A stretch of DNA of 64,000 bases, taken from Antedon mediterranea (lineage: Eukaryota; Animalia; Echinodermata). The notes under the pieces are model-generated. The model saw only the letters and a list, made by a program, of their open reading frames with translations, ran no database searches and had not been told where the DNA came from. Within the stretch, counting starts at the first letter, position 1. The number at the start of each line of letters is the position of its first letter. Positions 61,506-64,000 of this stretch are shown piece by piece. The stretch spans positions 10,712,795 through 10,776,794 of the forward strand of contig NC_092670.1 in the NCBI RefSeq assembly GCF_964355755.1, in the 5' to 3' direction. Made by a program: the position numbers and the translations under genes.

Positions 61506-64000
61506 TATCCCTTTCACACCAAAAGCAAAACTCCGGAGACACTCCGGAGACACCCCGGAGTTGACGTCCCGCTGTTTGGTGTGAAAGGTAAAATCAAGCA
61601 ACTCCGGAGTTTAAAACTGCGGGGTTGAACAGCTGAACATTCTCCGGAGAGCGAACTGCGGGGACACCCCGGTGTTTTGGTGTGAAAGGTACCAACATCA
61701 AACTCCGGAGTGTTTCGGGTCAAAAGGTTATCCTCGCACAATCAATTGTTTATTTAGTTTTATTTCAAAAAACTTTAAATTTAGTAAACAAATATATAGC
61801 ATGTATTAGAAAATAAAAATTGATAAATAAAATATTATAGGATTTTTGAGAAATTTTAAAATAATTAGTAAAGCATAAAAATATTAATAAGTATAGCCTA
61901 ATTATTGTTCGCAGTATTTTGCCCGCGAAAGTTATCACGTATCGTTTTATAGCTTTGTTGTTTGGTTTCGATGGAGTTGAATAGATTTTTTACTTTTAAT
62001 AGCCAATAATCTATCGTTTCAACAATAATATATGACAGTTTAAGTATTAAGATAAGTATATTTCTAATACTCATTTACCTAGGCCTAGTAGTAGGCCTAA
62101 AAATACTAGGCCTACTAATAGTAATACTAGCGAGGCTACTAAACAATCTAGGCGCTAATAGAATTAGGCCGCGTAGCCTAGCAATTTAGCTACCAGACTA
62201 TAGCTAGGTACTGTAGGCGGCGCGGGTATGTGCGTAATCAGCAGTCACTTCGATCGGTCGTGACGGTCTGTTGTGTTTTTAAATTGTATTCACATACCTA
62301 TAATAACAAACAAGTTAGCTGCTATATTATAGGCCTTCTTAGTTAGTTCTTCTAGGGACTAGGCTAGTTACACAGCGTCAGAGAGTCTGAGAACGTCAGA
62401 CTCAATTTACTTACAAGTTACAGTAATATCCTACCCTTATAATGTCGGTGAAGAGTAAGAAGAAAAGTAGTTGTAGTAGCAGGCCTGTCCCTATTATTAG
62501 GCCTAGACCTAGTAGTAGTAGTACGAGCAGTAGCCTTAGTAGGAATAACATTAACAGTAGCCCTCGTAGTAGTAGTAGGCCTACTAAGCCTATTATTAAG
62601 ACCAATGGAACATGGACTCCAGGACAAATCCGCCTACTATTAGATATCCGGGGTGAGGCTGCCGTCAATACCATGGTGAATGGTACAAGCAGGGATCGTC
62701 GTTGCTACGACAAAGTAGCAGAGAGACTAAAGGTCAGTTTGAAATGGTAACTAATAATTAATACAATACAATAGACCTAGGCTAGGCCTAGTAAATACTG
62801 TAGGTAATAAATGATTACACTGACCTACTGTGTACTTCCTTTATTGTTATTCATGCGGCTGATTTAGAATATATTCTGTGTATTAAATTGAATATTTATT
62901 GCGAGTGACTGACTTTTTTGTTGTTTTTTAGGAAATGGGTGTTTTAGATAAAACACATGCCCATATCGTGTATAAACTTAAGGCATTAAAGGCACAATTT
63001 TTTAAAATTTTACGACTGAATAAGACATCGGGAGAAAGGAGACAGAGCTATGAATTTTATGATCAGTGCCAGGCAATATGGGGAAACTCAGCATTAGCTA
63101 AACCTTTAAATATAATAAGTGCTGTACATAGAGAGCAAGAGTCATCCGACAGCAGTGATGATGAGGAAGGCACTTCAATGTCGACTGTACAGATAGATGA
63201 AAATAATGATATACCAGTTGGTAAGTTTTATACTATTTTTGGGTAATATCACTTAAGTCCTTGTTGAACGGTATTACAATTGGTAAAATTACAAATAACG
63301 TTAAAAAGCATAACATATTATAGTACTGTAATTATTTGAAAGTTTTATTACTTGTACAATTTAAAACTTGTTTATATTGCACAACAGCATAGCATTCAAT
63401 TCATCTAAAAAGTAAGACAGATTACTAAAAAAAAATTATTTTGTAATGCTCATTTACAACTGAAAAATTAACTAAAATTACTAATCAGGTTTCAATAAAT
63501 ATTGGAGTAATGAGAAAACTTCAATATATTTTACCAACAAATATTCTTTTTTCATTATAATATCATGCTTCTTCAATATTTGTCATATTGTACTTTGTTA
63601 TGGGAACTATTACAAATAAACATTTTCAATGCCCATGTATTACCACACGGTAACTTCAAAGTTTGACCATCTCTTTAAATTACAGAAAAAAGCGCTTTGT
63701 ATTTGTTCTAAATCAACTTATCTAGCTCATACCAAACCACTCTTAAAAATTTAAAACATAAAATATTTTTGATATCAATAGTTTGCAATCTGCTTTTTTT
63801 ATGTACAAATACGAAAATAATAAACTCATGAAATCATTTAATAACTACTTAACTTTATGAAACATAGTCAACTAAATAGGCATAATACACGCAATGCAAA
63901 TGATTATCTTTTACCTAAATGTACAAACAATTTGATCAAGAACTCTATTAAATACCAATAAGCTTAATTATGGAATTCAATCCATGTAGATATTAAAAAT
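61506..64000 (+). mobile_element. Long PIF/Harbinger element (left end), continuing beyond the window
   Basis: Same TIR and subterminal region as the MITEs; encodes a Myb/SANT-like protein. Confidence 0.8.
62442..63220 (+). CDS. Myb/SANT-like (trihelix) DNA-binding protein of the Harbinger element; exons 62442-62732 and 62932-63220, continues
   Basis: AAG|gtcagt...ttttag|GAA joins in frame: WTPGQIRLLLDIRGE...YDKVAERLK/EMG...KLKALKAQF...SGERRQSYEFYDQCQAIWG, then an acidic stretch; donor G|gtaagt at 63220. Confidence 0.8.

Overview
AT-rich, intron-containing animal genomic DNA, probably a marine invertebrate (inferred from the Deu/Nin-type SINE, L2/CR1 and RTE-X-like LINEs and HINEs). It is not prokaryotic. 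The window is part of a tandem minus-strand cluster of secreted PAN/apple-like + fibrinogen-related-domain (FReD, ficolin-like) genes. Gene C is complete (5 exons, 58635->43908, 320 aa). Gene A is a near-identical copy about 47 kb to the left (11598->3707, last exon outside the window). Gene B is a divergent paralog frameshifted in exon 1 (28165->21296). Gene D is represented only by a damaged last exon at ~61.1-61.3 kb. The cluster holds many relics of FReD 3' ends, including a stack of variant ligand-binding-loop cassettes directly behind the stop codon of gene C. The rest is nested transposable elements (LINEs, SINEs, a Helitron with its empty site, HINEs, TIR elements, a Harbinger element with a spliced Myb/SANT-like gene plus derived MITEs) and two minisatellites.
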